Assembly (NCBI GenBank): GCA_001802945.1
Contig: MHAK01000134.1
Coordinates: forward strand, 1,382 to 65,381
Origin: Ignavibacteria bacterium RIFCSPLOWO2_12_FULL_56_21
GTDB taxonomy: Bacteria; Bacteroidota; Ignavibacteria; UBA10030
Reading direction: 5' to 3'
Length of the DNA stretch: 64,000 bases
A model generated the notes under the pieces. The model saw nothing but the letters and a program-made list of their open reading frames with translations. It was not told where the DNA came from and did not search any database. This document shows, in pieces, positions 9,619 through 19,789 of this stretch; position 1 is the stretch's first letter, and each line of letters begins with the position of its first letter. The position numbers and the translations under genes were made by a program.

Positions 9619-11748
9619 TCAGTCTTGACGATTGACGATATACACCAGACCTCCGCCCATGATAACTCGGACATAGTCCGAAGCGCGGAACCGCACGGCT
9701 TGAACGCCATTCCCGGTACTTTGCATGTCAATCCGAATGAAAATCGAATCCGACATATTGAATTTCTCCACCTCCTGGGCCGACAAAGTGATCGTGAAAT
9801 TTCCGGGTACAGGAGCGGTCACGGCCCCTCCTCCATCAACCGGAGCGGGGTCGATGTCTTGTGTAAGGCCGTTAGAAGGAATGAACAAGAGTGTGTCCCG
9901 CCTTCCCGCCAAAGAATCATAGCCGACAAGCCTTGCGCGGAACTTGAGTCCCACCGGCATGTGATTCGTGATCTTGAATTGCAGCGCCGACTCCCGGACA
10001 TCGCTGACGAATTTTTTCGGGAACGTTCCGTGCGGGTTGAGGGGCGTGAGTTCTTCCATCCTCCCGTTCGCCAAGCCAAACTTGAGCGGGAAATAGACCG
10101 TAACGTCCTGGTAGAGCTTTGTGGTGTCGTAGATCGAGCCCTCACCGTTGAGCGGATTTATCGTTACGGAGCCACGCACAATAAACGTGTCCGGGAAGTT
10201 GGGGACGAACCGTTGCAAGAAGGTGTTCAGTCCCTGCGAATTGCCGAGCTCGATGACCGCGGGTCCCGCGGACGGATCAAACGTTGTTTGGATCCCTCCT
10301 ATCGGTGGCGGCAACGTGATGGAATCCACCGCGCCAGTCTTGCTGTTTCGCGCCTCGAGCACAAGATTGTAGTCCGTCTGGAAGCCCCCAGTGAGGGCAA
10401 GCTTCACGGCGATCCGCACCGAATCGAACGTGAACCCGCCGCTGAACTTGTCCGCGGCCTCGCCGATATCGGCCCCGCTCGCCCCCGACAAAATAGGCAA
10501 TGTCATCGGATCGATGCGGCCGGTGACGCTCTTCAGGGCAAACTCGCCTGCCGGCAGAAACTCCGCCCGGACGTAGTCAGAACTGGAGACGGTCGAAAGT
10601 TGCCCGCCGGAATTGATCGTCTCGATGCCGACGGAGAACTTCATGTTCGTGCCCACTGCGTCGGGCGTCGGGTTGACGATATTCAAGGTGTCCAGCAGCA
10701 CGGGGAAGTCGTATGTTTCGCGCGGGAGCAACACCCGGTTGATCGTAAGAACATTGCGGGGGGGGATCGTACTCCTGAAGTTATCAAACTGCAGCCGGAT
10801 CCCGACGTTGATGTCAAGATTGTTCACCATCCGCGCGATGAATTCGCCGCTGCTGAAGGAAGCATTTGCGAGCGAAACCGTCGTATCGATAACGATGACG
10901 GTGTCGTCGATGCTCGCGATGGGCTGGCCTGGAATGACGGCCCGTGCGCTGTCAACGGTGATGGGCGTGCTGGTGAAGGTGAAGACCAGACTGTCCGTGG
11001 GGTCGACGGTGAACGGACCGCTGCGGGGGGAAAATCCAAGTGAAAGCGAGTCGGTTTTCAGGGTTCCGTATACAAACTTCCCGACGAGGTCGGAGGTCAC
11101 GCTTTTCGATTCGCCTTCGATAAGGCTGTCGAGCGAGAAAACGGCGATCGTAGTGGTATCGGACGGCGTGTCATTCTTAAGCAGGATCGGACGCTCGAAT
11201 TTCACCGTTACGGGCAGTGTGTTGGTGACGTTGAGCGTCAGCGTTCCGCGTTGAATGGCGAGGAATTCGAAAAAACTCGAGAAGTTGATTGCTTCTCCCG
11301 GCACAGTCGCATTCGCTCCCGGAAAAGGAGTGTCTGGCGGCAGCGGCGGGGGAGGCCATGAATCCAATCCGAAGGACGACCCGCCAAAGCCGAATTGGGT
11401 TGACGGAACAGCGGCGACCTGGAAGGTGTCGAGCGCCACCTGGGCAACGCTGGGAGCCGGCTGAACTTTGATCGCTTCAACCCCGGTCGGTTGCCCTGTC
11501 TGAACGTCCTGGAAATAATAGCCGCCGGAGTTGTCGCGACGCACCGTCGACGTGTCCTTCGACATCATGTCCTCGAGCGTCCGAGTAATGTCGACGAGCG
11601 TCAGAAAGAGGGGTGCCCCGTATGTCGGGGCAACGGGATCCAACGGCATTTCGATGCATTGAAGAGCCGTTCCCGCCAGGCTGAACGCGACGATCGCGGC
11701 AGCGTGACGACGGAAGAAACGAATACGGAAGTTCATGGGGTATGGCAA
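9619..11748 (-). CDS. large secreted or lipoprotein-like protein, unknown function
   Basis: 709 aa with N-terminal MNFRIRFFRRHAAAIVAFSLAGTALQC. Thr/Ser/Gly/Pro-rich beta-type composition and no motif I recognise. Confidence 0.55.
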   Translation of the reverse strand: MPYPMNFRIRFFRRHAAAIVAFSLAGTALQCIEMPLDPVAPTYGAPLFLTLVDITRTLEDMMSKDTSTVRRDNSGGYYFQDVQTGQPTGVEAIKVQPAPSVAQVALDTFQVAAVPSTQFGFGGSSFGLDSWPPPPLPPDTPFPGANATVPGEAINFSSFFEFLAIQRGTLTLNVTNTLPVTVKFERPILLKNDTPSDTTTIAVFSLDSLIEGESKSVTSDLVGKFVYGTLKTDSLSLGFSPRSGPFTVDPTDSLVFTFTSTPITVDSARAVIPGQPIASIDDTVIVIDTTVSLANASFSSGEFIARMVNNLDINVGIRLQFDNFRSTIPPRNVLTINRVLLPRETYDFPVLLDTLNIVNPTPDAVGTNMKFSVGIETINSGGQLSTVSSSDYVRAEFLPAGEFALKSVTGRIDPMTLPILSGASGADIGEAADKFSGGFTFDSVRIAVKLALTGGFQTDYNLVLEARNSKTGAVDSITLPPPIGGIQTTFDPSAGPAVIELGNSQGLNTFLQRFVPNFPDTFIVRGSVTINPLNGEGSIYDTTKLYQDVTVYFPLKFGLANGRMEELTPLNPHGTFPKKFVSDVRESALQFKITNHMPVGLKFRARLVGYDSLAGRRDTLLFIPSNGLTQDIDPAPVDGGGAVTAPVPGNFTITLSAQEVEKFNMSDSIFIRIDMQSTGNGVQAVRFRASDYVRVIMGGGLVYIVNRQD

Positions 11749-11852
11749 TCCTTACTGTTGGCGTGAACCTTGTCGTTCAATGTAGACAGCACAATCAGGA
11801 GAATCAATGACGAATGGCATCGGGGCGCCACTTTGTGACGGCATTGCGGACT

Positions 11853-11913
11853 GTCTCATTATGAAAACGGAAGGCACCATGACACAGGAATTCCCTCGTG
11901 CCTTGGTGCCTTC
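11853..11913 (-). terminator. intrinsic terminator after the DUF3467 gene
   Basis: Perfect 10-bp stem gaaggcacca (11870-11879) / tggtgccttc (11904-11913). The minus strand follows with cgttttcataat. Confidence 0.55.
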
Positions 11914-11958
11914 ACAAGCGAGCTTGCAGCTTCGGACTTCATCCGAAGGTATCAGGAA

Positions 11959-12288
11959 TCAATGAAATCTGGGTTCTTTTGGCGGTACTGAGAAATGCGT
12001 GGGAGGCGTGCCCGCCATTTCTCCTGCGATCTTGATCTCTCCGAATTTCGCCTCGAATTTTTCGACGTTATCTCGGAGCGCCCCGAGCAGCATTTTTGTA
12101 TGCTGGGGGGTCATGACGATTCGTGCGTGCACCCGCGCCTTGGGCACGCCTGGCAGAACCCTGGTGAAATCGATGACGAATTCAGCCGGCGAATGCGTGA
12201 TAATGGCCAGATTCGAATAAATGCCTTCCGCCTCCTTTTCCCCAAGCTCGATGTTGATCTGCTGGGGTTGCTGGGGTTGGTCGCTCAT
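11959..12288 (-). CDS. DUF3467 family protein
   Basis: 109 aa. The EGIYSNLAIITHSPAEFVIDFTRVLPG..ARIVMTPQHTKMLLGALRDNVEKFEAKFGEI pattern is typical of DUF3467. Confidence 0.8.
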   Translation of the reverse strand: MSDQPQQPQQINIELGEKEAEGIYSNLAIITHSPAEFVIDFTRVLPGVPKARVHARIVMTPQHTKMLLGALRDNVEKFEAKFGEIKIAGEMAGTPPTHFSVPPKEPRFH

Positions 12289-12293
12289 GTGGC

Positions 12294-13673
12294 TCAGTTA
12301 CCTTTCCGGATCTTGTCCGCCGTGTCGAGCGCCTTGACGGCCTTTTCCGATTGGCCGAGGCGGGCGTAAATATTTGCGAGCGTCTCCCACACTTGGGGGT
12401 CGTCCTTCTTGAATTCCGTCACTTTTTCGAACAACGGCACCGCTTCTTTGAATTTGTCCTTGTATTCCGTCGTTTCAACCCCTTTTTCCTGGGCGTCCTT
12501 GATGATATCGACTCCCCAGTTATAGTACGTGGCCCCAAGGTCATACATAGCCTCAACATACTGCGGGTCGATCCGGAGCGCTTCACGGAATTCCTTGATC
12601 GCCGAGTCATAATCTCCAGCGGTCCGGTGCAGAACTCCGAGGATATATCTGTTCAGCTTGTTGTCCGGGTCATTCACGACGGCCTGACTGAAACCGACGA
12701 CAGCGTCCTTGATCCGTTCTGATTCAACAAAAGCTTGTAGCAGCAGATTCAAATTGTCGTTGTCCGTAGAGTCGAAGGCCTTCACTTCTTCAAAAACATC
12801 GACAGCCTTCGAGAATTCCACCATTGCCGCACGGTGCTTCGTCGAGTCAATCTGCGGACTGTACGCGCGCGACATCGTTCGGCTCACCACCCGGTCTCCG
12901 TCGAGACCCACACTCAAATTATACCGCGAATAGGTCCAGTCTTCCTTCCGCGTTCCGCGGGCCCCTTTGCGAACGTTGTCCGGCGCGCCAAGAAGCTTCA
13001 TGACGTCAGCTTTCGCCATTCCCCTTTCGATCATCTTCAGATTGCCGATTGCCCGTATCTTGTCCGCGTTCTCAGTTTCGAACTGGGTTTTCTGGTCCTT
13101 CCCGCGCTGCAGGAAGATCCGTCCCGCTCGCATGTAGGATTCCTTGTCCTTTCCCTTCTGCCACGCGGTCCGGTACGAGGAGAGCGCGTTTTCCTGATCT
13201 CCCTTGCCGCTGTGGGCGTAGCCGAGATATCGATACGTGATCATGGTATCAGGCCAGGCGACGGTCGCCTTCTGAAAGTCTTCAATTGCGCGGTCGTACA
13301 ACGTGAGAGAATCGCTCGATGCCCGCTGCAACGCATTCACGCCCGAATTCGTCAAGGTAGCCCACAGGTTGTATCGGCGCGTTTTGATCTCGTTCTCGTG
13401 CTTGGAAGTAAGCTTCAGCGCTTCCGTAAAAGCGACGTTCATTCCTTTGTAGTCGCTCGTTTCCGAACGGAGGCTTCCCAGCAGATACCACGCCTCTTCA
13501 TTGCCGGGATTTTTTTGCGTTTCGATCTCCAACAGGCGCATGGCCTCTTTGTAGTTCTTTTGGTTGATGTACACCTTTGCGCCCGTGAACTCCGGAGAGC
13601 CGCACTGGAATCCCAAAAACATCATGGATGCAAGCACGACGGCCGTAGTTCCGATGGTCATCGTCCGTTTCAT
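12294..13673 (-). CDS. TPR-repeat protein with signal peptide
   Basis: 459 aa with N-terminal MKRTMTIGTTAVVLASMMFLGFQCGS and multiple TPR units (AWYLLGSL.., YRYLGYAH.., YILGVLH.., MYDLGATY.., WETLANIYARLGQ). Confidence 0.8.
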   Translation of the reverse strand: MKRTMTIGTTAVVLASMMFLGFQCGSPEFTGAKVYINQKNYKEAMRLLEIETQKNPGNEEAWYLLGSLRSETSDYKGMNVAFTEALKLTSKHENEIKTRRYNLWATLTNSGVNALQRASSDSLTLYDRAIEDFQKATVAWPDTMITYRYLGYAHSGKGDQENALSSYRTAWQKGKDKESYMRAGRIFLQRGKDQKTQFETENADKIRAIGNLKMIERGMAKADVMKLLGAPDNVRKGARGTRKEDWTYSRYNLSVGLDGDRVVSRTMSRAYSPQIDSTKHRAAMVEFSKAVDVFEEVKAFDSTDNDNLNLLLQAFVESERIKDAVVGFSQAVVNDPDNKLNRYILGVLHRTAGDYDSAIKEFREALRIDPQYVEAMYDLGATYYNWGVDIIKDAQEKGVETTEYKDKFKEAVPLFEKVTEFKKDDPQVWETLANIYARLGQSEKAVKALDTADKIRKGN

Positions 13674-13825
13674 GTTGTTTCCTTTGTTCTATTCGAGGAG
13701 TGGTAGGAAAGAAATCTCTTCAATATATGACTCCCCTCCCCGATGTGCAAGGCGAAATCCCCCGTTTCTTTGCATTTCCCTCGATTTTTGGATAGATTTT
13801 ATATCCTTCGATTTCAACGACTCAT

Positions 13826-14245
13826 ATGAACGATTGCATCTTTTGCAGGATCATCCGGCATGAGATTCCCGCCGAAATACTTTTCGAGGACGATCATGTG
13901 ATCTCGATCCTCGACATCAACCCCATTCACTACGGCCATTCGCTCGTCATTCCCAAGCGGCACTGCAAAGACTTCCTGGAACTCCCGCCCGAATGCTATG
14001 GCTCGGTCCTGACCGCAGCGCATCGCGTGACACGGGCGCTGGTGAACGGACTCCGGCTGGATGGGTATAATTTGTTCACAAACAACGGACGGATCGCCGG
14101 CCAGTCCGTGTTCCATTTCCATCTTCATGTCACTCCACGCTACGCGAACGACAACATCCGATTCGTGCTCGAGTTGAAGAAATACGCGGCGGGAGAACTG
14201 GAGCGAACGGCGGAACTGCTGCGCGCCGAACTACAAAAGGACTAA
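13826..14245 (+). CDS. HIT (histidine triad) family protein
   Basis: 139 aa. Starts [10 protein letters not shown] and carries the triad HFHLHVTPR. Confidence 0.9.
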   Translation: MNDCIFCRIIRHEIPAEILFEDDHVISILDINPIHYGHSLVIPKRHCKDFLELPPECYGSVLTAAHRVTRALVNGLRLDGYNLFTNNGRIAGQSVFHFHLHVTPRYANDNIRFVLELKKYAAGELERTAELLRAELQKD

Positions 14246-14274
14246 GAGCGAGTCACGCTGTCCACAAGGAGAAT

Positions 14275-15528
14275 GTGCCCATGTCACCGTATGTCAAGCT
14301 CAACCCTCCCGCGACGGGAGAAAAGATCACGTTCAGTCAGGGAAAACTACGCGTTCCCAATCATCCCATCATTCCGTACATCGAAGGGGACGGCACCGGA
14401 CCCGACATTTGGAAGGCGTCCGTCAGAGTGTTCGACGCGGCGGTCAGGAAAGCATACGGGAGCGCGAAATCGATCGTCTGGTTTGAGGTCTTCGCCGGGG
14501 AAAAAGCCAACAACGTCTACGGTCCGAACACCTGGCTGCACGACGATACACTCGAAGCGATCAAGCAACATATTGTCGCCATCAAAGGACCGCTGACAAC
14601 GCCTGTCGGCGGCGGAATCCGGTCCATCAACGTTGCGCTCCGGCAGCAACTCGACCTCTATGTCTGCCTTCGACCCGTCCGATACTTTAAGGGCGTTCCA
14701 TCGCCCGTGAAGCATCCGGAAAAGGTGGATATGGTCATCTTCCGGGAGAACACGGAAGACATCTATGCCGGCATCGAATGGAAGGCGGGAACGCCTGAAG
14801 CGAAGAAGATCGTCGATTGGCTCCAAAAAGAGATGGGCGTAAAGAAGATCCGTTTCCCGCAGTCATCCAGCATCGGCATCAAGCCCGTGTCGCAGGAAGG
14901 AACGGCTCGCCTGGTCCGAGCAGCCATCACGTACGCACAGCAGAACGGCCGGAAGTCGGTGACCCTTGTTCACAAGGGCAATATCATGAAGTTCACAGAA
15001 GGGGGATTTCGCGACTGGGGATACGAACTTGCACAGAAGGAATTCAAAGGCCAGTTGGTGGACGGCGGACCGTGGGTGAAATTGCCCGACGGCATCACCA
15101 TCAAGGACGTCATTGCAGACGCCTTCCTGCAGCAGATCCTGACGCGGCCCGCAGAATACGATGTGATCGCCACGCTGAATCTCAACGGCGATTACATTTC
15201 AGACGCGTTGGCGGCCCAAGTGGGGGGCATCGGCATTGCACCGGGCGGAAACGTGAACTACGAGAACGGCTTCGCCGTTTTCGAAGCCACGCACGGCACG
15301 GCGCCGAAATATGCGAATCAGGACAAGGTCAATCCGGGATCGCTGATCCTTTCCGGCGAAATGATGCTGCGCTACATGGGCTGGACGGAGGCGGCAGACA
15401 AGATCACTGCAGGGCTGGACAAGGCGATCTCCGACAAGATCGTAACCTATGATTTCGCTCGCCTGATGGAGGGGGCGAAAGAAGTGAAGTGTTCGGCGTT
15501 CGCGGATGCCATCATCGATCGCTTGTAG
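14275..15528 (+). CDS. icd: NADP-dependent isocitrate dehydrogenase
   Basis: 417 aa, collinear with E. coli-type homodimeric IDH ([56 protein letters not shown]). Confidence 0.95.
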   Translation: MPMSPYVKLNPPATGEKITFSQGKLRVPNHPIIPYIEGDGTGPDIWKASVRVFDAAVRKAYGSAKSIVWFEVFAGEKANNVYGPNTWLHDDTLEAIKQHIVAIKGPLTTPVGGGIRSINVALRQQLDLYVCLRPVRYFKGVPSPVKHPEKVDMVIFRENTEDIYAGIEWKAGTPEAKKIVDWLQKEMGVKKIRFPQSSSIGIKPVSQEGTARLVRAAITYAQQNGRKSVTLVHKGNIMKFTEGGFRDWGYELAQKEFKGQLVDGGPWVKLPDGITIKDVIADAFLQQILTRPAEYDVIATLNLNGDYISDALAAQVGGIGIAPGGNVNYENGFAVFEATHGTAPKYANQDKVNPGSLILSGEMMLRYMGWTEAADKITAGLDKAISDKIVTYDFARLMEGAKEVKCSAFADAIIDRL

Positions 15529-15557
15529 AAGGAGAGAATGAGAGGACGCGTCCGACA

Positions 15558-15860
15558 ATGCAGCATCTAACGACCTTTGGCGCGGATCCGCAGGCCGCGC
15601 CCGACGCGAATGTTGCAGACGATGTCCAGATCCAGCAACCGGCGAAAGTGATCCTGTTCAACGACGAGATCCATACGTTTGACGAGGTCATTGGCCAGAT
15701 CATCAAAGCCACGGGCTGTGACACCGCGCGCGCCGAAGCGTTGACGTGGGAAGTGCACAACAGCGGCAAAGCCATGGTCTATGAAGGGACGATGAACGAA
15801 TGCCTGCGCGTCACGGGTGTGCTGGAAGAGATAGCATTGCATACGCAAATAGAGGTGTGA
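15558..15860 (+). CDS. clpS: ATP-dependent Clp protease adaptor ClpS
   Basis: The core KVILFNDEIHTFDEVIGQIIKATGCDTARAEALTWEVHNSGKAMVY is ClpS-like. The track ORF starts at 15489, but that would overlap icd; ATG at 15558 gives the usual ~100 aa. Confidence 0.88.
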   Translation: MQHLTTFGADPQAAPDANVADDVQIQQPAKVILFNDEIHTFDEVIGQIIKATGCDTARAEALTWEVHNSGKAMVYEGTMNECLRVTGVLEEIALHTQIEV

Positions 15861-15998
15861 AGTGTAGTGGGGAACGAGGTAACGCAGTAATTCTCAGACA
15901 GCTCTCTTGAATTGGTGAGAAGGGTTTGCAGCAGTAGCATGGAATCTATATCTCAAAACATATTGTCCGGTTTTCAGCATTCCGAATCCAGTCACCGG

Positions 15999-16079
15999 CA
16001 TACTGCATACTGGCTTCCGCCTTCTGCCTTCTGCTTTCTGCATTTTGCATTCTGTCTTCAGCATTCTCCCTTCTTCTTT
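15999..16079. repeat. degenerate heptanucleotide tandem array (about 11 units, consensus CTGCnTT)
   Basis: catactg catactg .. ccgcctt ctgcctt ctgcttt ctgcatt ttgcatt ctgtctt cagcatt ctccctt cttcttt, in strict 7-nt register and ending 11 nt before the alaS ATG. Confidence 0.85.
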
Positions 16080-16090
16080 TCCCTGCTTTC

Positions 16091-18919
16091 ATGACTTCCC
16101 AGGAAATCCGACAATCCTTCCTCAATTTCTTCAAGGATCGCGGTCATGCGATCGTGCCGAGCGCTCCGGTCATTCCGGGAGACGATCCCACGCTGATCTT
16201 TACGAACGCGGGCATGAACCAGTTCAAGGACGTCTTCCTTGGGTCGGGTTCACGGCCATATACACGCGCGGTCGATACGCAAAAATGCATTCGGGTCAGC
16301 GGCAAGCATAACGACCTCGAGGAGGTCGGGCGCGACACGTATCATCACACGTTCTTCGAAATGTTGGGGAACTGGTCGTTCGGCGATTACTACAAGAAAG
16401 AAGCGATCGCGTGGGCGTGGGAACTGCTGACGGGCGTTTGGGGCCTTCCAAAGGACCGGCTCTGGGCAACCGTCTACAGAGATGACGACGAAGCAGAGAA
16501 CCTGTGGAAGGAGGTCACGGACATCGACCCGAACCATGTTCTCCGGTTCGGCGAGAAGGACAATTTCTGGGAAATGGGCGAATCGGGCCCGTGCGGCCCG
16601 TGTTCAGAGATACACATCGACCGGACGCCTGACGGTTCTGCGACGGCCGCCATGGTGAACGCCGGACTTCCGGAGGTGATGGAGATTTGGAATCTCGTGT
16701 TCATACAGTACAACCGGGACGACAAAGGAAAGCTGCATCCGCTTCCCTCCCGGCATGTCGATACAGGCCTGGGGTTCGAGCGGGTCTGCGCAATTCTCCA
16801 GAAAAAGACGTCGAACTATGACACCGACGTGTTCCTGCCGCTCATTCTCCAAGTGTCGGCAATGTCCGGCAGGCCCTACGACGGTCGCATGGACGGTTCC
16901 TTGTCGCGCGAACATGCTGAATATGACGTGGCCATGCGCGTCATCGCCGATCACGTGCGAACCCTCGCGTTCGCGATCGCTGACGGCGCAATACCTTCCA
17001 ATGAAGGACGCGGATACGTCCTGCGCCGCATTCTTCGCCGGGCTGCGAGATTCGGCCGGACCCTCGGTTTCCGCGAACCGTTTATCTATTCGCTCGTCCA
17101 TACGCTCGAAAGCTCCATGGGGGATGTTTTCCCGGAGCTGCCGGCCAAACAACAGCACATCGAGCGAGTCATACGGGGCGAGGAGGAGAACTTCAACGCC
17201 ACGCTCGACCGTGGGCTCGAGGTCTTCGATCAGATCGTTCAGCGCACATCTGCCGCGAAGGCGGACCGCATTTCGGGGGAAGACGCCTTTCGGCTCTACG
17301 ATACATTCGGATTTCCCATCGACCTGACATCGCTGATGGCAGGTGAACGAAATCTCTCCGTTGATGAGCCCGGGTTCAAGATCTTGTTGGAACAGCAAAA
17401 GGAACGCTCGCGCGACGCAAGAAGCACCAAAGGCGTCCCTGGGGTTATTAAGTTCATGAAGAAGGATACCCAGTTTGAGGAAACTAGATTCATTGGATAC
17501 GACACGCTTGAGTCAAAATCAATTGTTACAACCGTTGGTGCAGATTTTCTGACACTCGACCAAACTCCGTTCTTTGCAGAATCTGGAGGACAAATTGGGG
17601 ATAGTGGTTTCCTTGAATTAGGGGGAAGAGTGATTCGGATTCTCGACACCCAAAAGGATGGCAAGATTATCGGTCACCATTATGAAAGTGTAGGTACTCA
17701 CGGAAATTTGGTCCAGCAGCAGGTAGTTGCTCACGTGGATAGTGAAAGGCGCAGCGCAATTGCGCGAAATCACACGGCCACTCATCTGGTCCATGAGGCC
17801 CTTCGACGCGTTCTCGGAGAGCATCTCCATCAGCAGGGATCGCTCGTCGCCGATACGCACCTGCGTTTCGACTTCAATCACTTTGAGAAGATCACGCCGG
17901 AGCGACTCAAGGAGATCGAAGAGATCGTCAACGCGAAGATCGCTGAAGGGATCCTCGTCCAGGCGATCAACGACCCGAAAGAATGGGTGACGATCGACGA
18001 GGCCAAACGGAGATGGCCGAATGTGAAGATGTTCTTCGGCGAGAAATACGGCGACCGGGTCCGTGTGGTCGAGATCGACCCCTCTTTTTCGGTCGAGCTT
18101 TGCGGCGGTACGCACGTCGGGAACACGAACGAGATCGGCTTTTTCCGGTTCAGGTCGGAAGGAAGCGTCGCCAGCGGAATTCGCCGCATCGACGCGGTAA
18201 CGGGAGCCGGGGCGCTCGAGTTGCTGAAGATGAAAGACTTAGACTTGCGGCAACGGATCGACGCCGCGGGCGAAGCCGTACAGGAACTTCTCCGCGTGCT
18301 CGCGGGCGTGGAATCGGCATCGGGCGTTGCATCATCCGTGTCGCGGACTGACCTGCTGTCGTACATCGAACGTCTCGAGAAGGCCCGCCAGGCTCTGGTC
18401 CACCCTTCCGGCATTGACCATCGGCTTCGCTACTCGTTCGAGGCACAGCAGCGGCTGGCCGCAGAGGTTGATGGCATCACCGCCCATACGGCCGAGGTGC
18501 GGAGGCAACTCGACAAGTTCAACGAGCGCGTTCGATCGGAAAATCTCGCCGGCCGCATGGATGAACTCATCGCCACGGCGGTAACAGTGAACGGCGTCCG
18601 TGTAGTGACGTCGCAAGTACAGGCCGGCTCCGCGGATGAGCTGAAATCCGCCGGGGACTCACTCCGTGCGAAACTCGGGAGCGGGGTCGGACTTCTGGCC
18701 GCCGTCGTCGACGGCAAGGTCCAACTCGTGTGCGTTGTGACCGACGACCTTATGAAGAACAAAGGTCTCAAGGCGGGCCTCATCGTCGGTGCAGTGGCCA
18801 AGCTCGTTGGGGGCGGAGGCGGAGGAAGGCCCCATTTGGCGACGGCGGGCGGAAAGGATGTGGCGGCGCTGGAGAGCGCCATACGGAATGTACCGGAAAT
18901 TGTTCGATCCATGGCATGA
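16091..18919 (+). CDS. alaS: alanine--tRNA ligase
   Basis: 942 aa. N-terminus MTSQEIRQSFLNFFKDRGHAIVPSAPVIPGDDPTLIFTNAGMNQFKDVFLG, editing-domain HTATHLVHEAL and CGGTHV, C-terminal GGGGGRPHLATAGG. Confidence 0.97.
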   Translation: MTSQEIRQSFLNFFKDRGHAIVPSAPVIPGDDPTLIFTNAGMNQFKDVFLGSGSRPYTRAVDTQKCIRVSGKHNDLEEVGRDTYHHTFFEMLGNWSFGDYYKKEAIAWAWELLTGVWGLPKDRLWATVYRDDDEAENLWKEVTDIDPNHVLRFGEKDNFWEMGESGPCGPCSEIHIDRTPDGSATAAMVNAGLPEVMEIWNLVFIQYNRDDKGKLHPLPSRHVDTGLGFERVCAILQKKTSNYDTDVFLPLILQVSAMSGRPYDGRMDGSLSREHAEYDVAMRVIADHVRTLAFAIADGAIPSNEGRGYVLRRILRRAARFGRTLGFREPFIYSLVHTLESSMGDVFPELPAKQQHIERVIRGEEENFNATLDRGLEVFDQIVQRTSAAKADRISGEDAFRLYDTFGFPIDLTSLMAGERNLSVDEPGFKILLEQQKERSRDARSTKGVPGVIKFMKKDTQFEETRFIGYDTLESKSIVTTVGADFLTLDQTPFFAESGGQIGDSGFLELGGRVIRILDTQKDGKIIGHHYESVGTHGNLVQQQVVAHVDSERRSAIARNHTATHLVHEALRRVLGEHLHQQGSLVADTHLRFDFNHFEKITPERLKEIEEIVNAKIAEGILVQAINDPKEWVTIDEAKRRWPNVKMFFGEKYGDRVRVVEIDPSFSVELCGGTHVGNTNEIGFFRFRSEGSVASGIRRIDAVTGAGALELLKMKDLDLRQRIDAAGEAVQELLRVLAGVESASGVASSVSRTDLLSYIERLEKARQALVHPSGIDHRLRYSFEAQQRLAAEVDGITAHTAEVRRQLDKFNERVRSENLAGRMDELIATAVTVNGVRVVTSQVQAGSADELKSAGDSLRAKLGSGVGLLAAVVDGKVQLVCVVTDDLMKNKGLKAGLIVGAVAKLVGGGGGGRPHLATAGGKDVAALESAIRNVPEIVRSMA

Positions 18920-19006
18920 CTGCCGGAAAGCCGTGGACGGGAGTCCGGCGATCCTATCTTTGTATTTCGTTGTTTCTTTCTCCATAATGAAGGCGATTCG
19001 ACAACC

Positions 19007-19771
19007 ATGATCACCACCTACCAACGAATCCTGGACATTCGGGCGAAGCGGGGCGCGGGATATTTTGTGTTGATCGATCCCGATAAAGCCAATGTGAATA
19101 CCCTCCCGAGGTTCGTCGAAACGGCAACCGAGGCGGGGGTTGACGGATTCCTTGTCGGCGGAAGTCTGCTCGTGCGCGATCAGTTTGAGGCGGTCGTTCG
19201 ATCCGTCAAGGGTTCGACTCCGCTTCCCGTCGTCATCTTTCCGGGAAGTCTCATGCAGATTTCATCGGCGGCCGACGCACTGCTTTTTATCGTCCTCGTA
19301 AGCGGGCGCAACCCCGAATATCTCATCGGCAGTCATGTGGCAGCAGCTCCGATCATCCGGTCGATCGGATTAGAGGCCATCGGCACGGCGTACATGCTCG
19401 TTGAAGGTGGAGGGACGACGTCCGTGGAATTCGTGAGCAATACGCGTCCGCTGCCGCGTCAAAAGCCGGATATCGCAGTTGCCCACGCGCTCGCAGCCGA
19501 ATACATAGGCATGAAACTCCTCTACTTCGATTCCGGAAGCGGCGCCGAGCTGCCCGTAGACGACGCCATCATCCGGTCCGTCGCACACTATTCTCCCCTT
19601 CCGATCATCGTCGGCGGCGGCATCCGCACTCCCGAAGAGGCACATCGGAAGTCATTGGCGGGGGCTTCGTTCATCGTGACGGGGAATGTGCTGGAAGAAA
19701 ATGGGGGAAGTTCATTACTGCGCGAATTCGCAGACGCGGTCCACCAGCCCCAGACAGCGCCAAGACACTGA
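19007..19771 (+). CDS. geranylgeranylglyceryl / heptaprenylglyceryl phosphate synthase family protein (PcrB/GGGPS)
   Basis: 254 aa. GAGYFVLIDPDK, EAGVDGFLVGGSL and PIIVGGGIRTPEEA blocks are typical of the family. Confidence 0.8.
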   Translation: MITTYQRILDIRAKRGAGYFVLIDPDKANVNTLPRFVETATEAGVDGFLVGGSLLVRDQFEAVVRSVKGSTPLPVVIFPGSLMQISSAADALLFIVLVSGRNPEYLIGSHVAAAPIIRSIGLEAIGTAYMLVEGGGTTSVEFVSNTRPLPRQKPDIAVAHALAAEYIGMKLLYFDSGSGAELPVDDAIIRSVAHYSPLPIIVGGGIRTPEEAHRKSLAGASFIVTGNVLEENGGSSLLREFADAVHQPQTAPRH

Positions 19772-19789
19772 CATTCGCTTAGCCCGAGT

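Noticed and set aside
10758-10765. G8/C8 homopolymers in surface-protein genes (also C8 at 53668-53675, plus 7-mers at 26345-26351 and 38117-38123) as phase-variation switches.
   Set aside because: At this GC content, roughly 4-5 runs of 8 or more G/C are expected by chance in 64 kb (rough iid estimate). There is no enrichment, and the tracts are in frame.
9595-11043. 482-aa plus-strand ORF.
   Set aside because: It is entirely antisense to the 709-aa gene. Its Arg/Asp/His/Gly-rich composition is typical of shadow ORFs in GC-rich DNA, and it has no motif.
12834-13706. 290-aa plus-strand ORF.
   Set aside because: It is antisense to the TPR protein gene. It is a shadow ORF.
15999-16079. Could the short periodic arrays be CRISPR arrays?
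   Set aside because: The period is 7-10 nt with no unique spacers of about 30 nt, no cas genes are present, and the units are degenerate. They are not CRISPR.
16604-17398. 264-aa minus-strand ORF.
   Set aside because: It is antisense to alaS.
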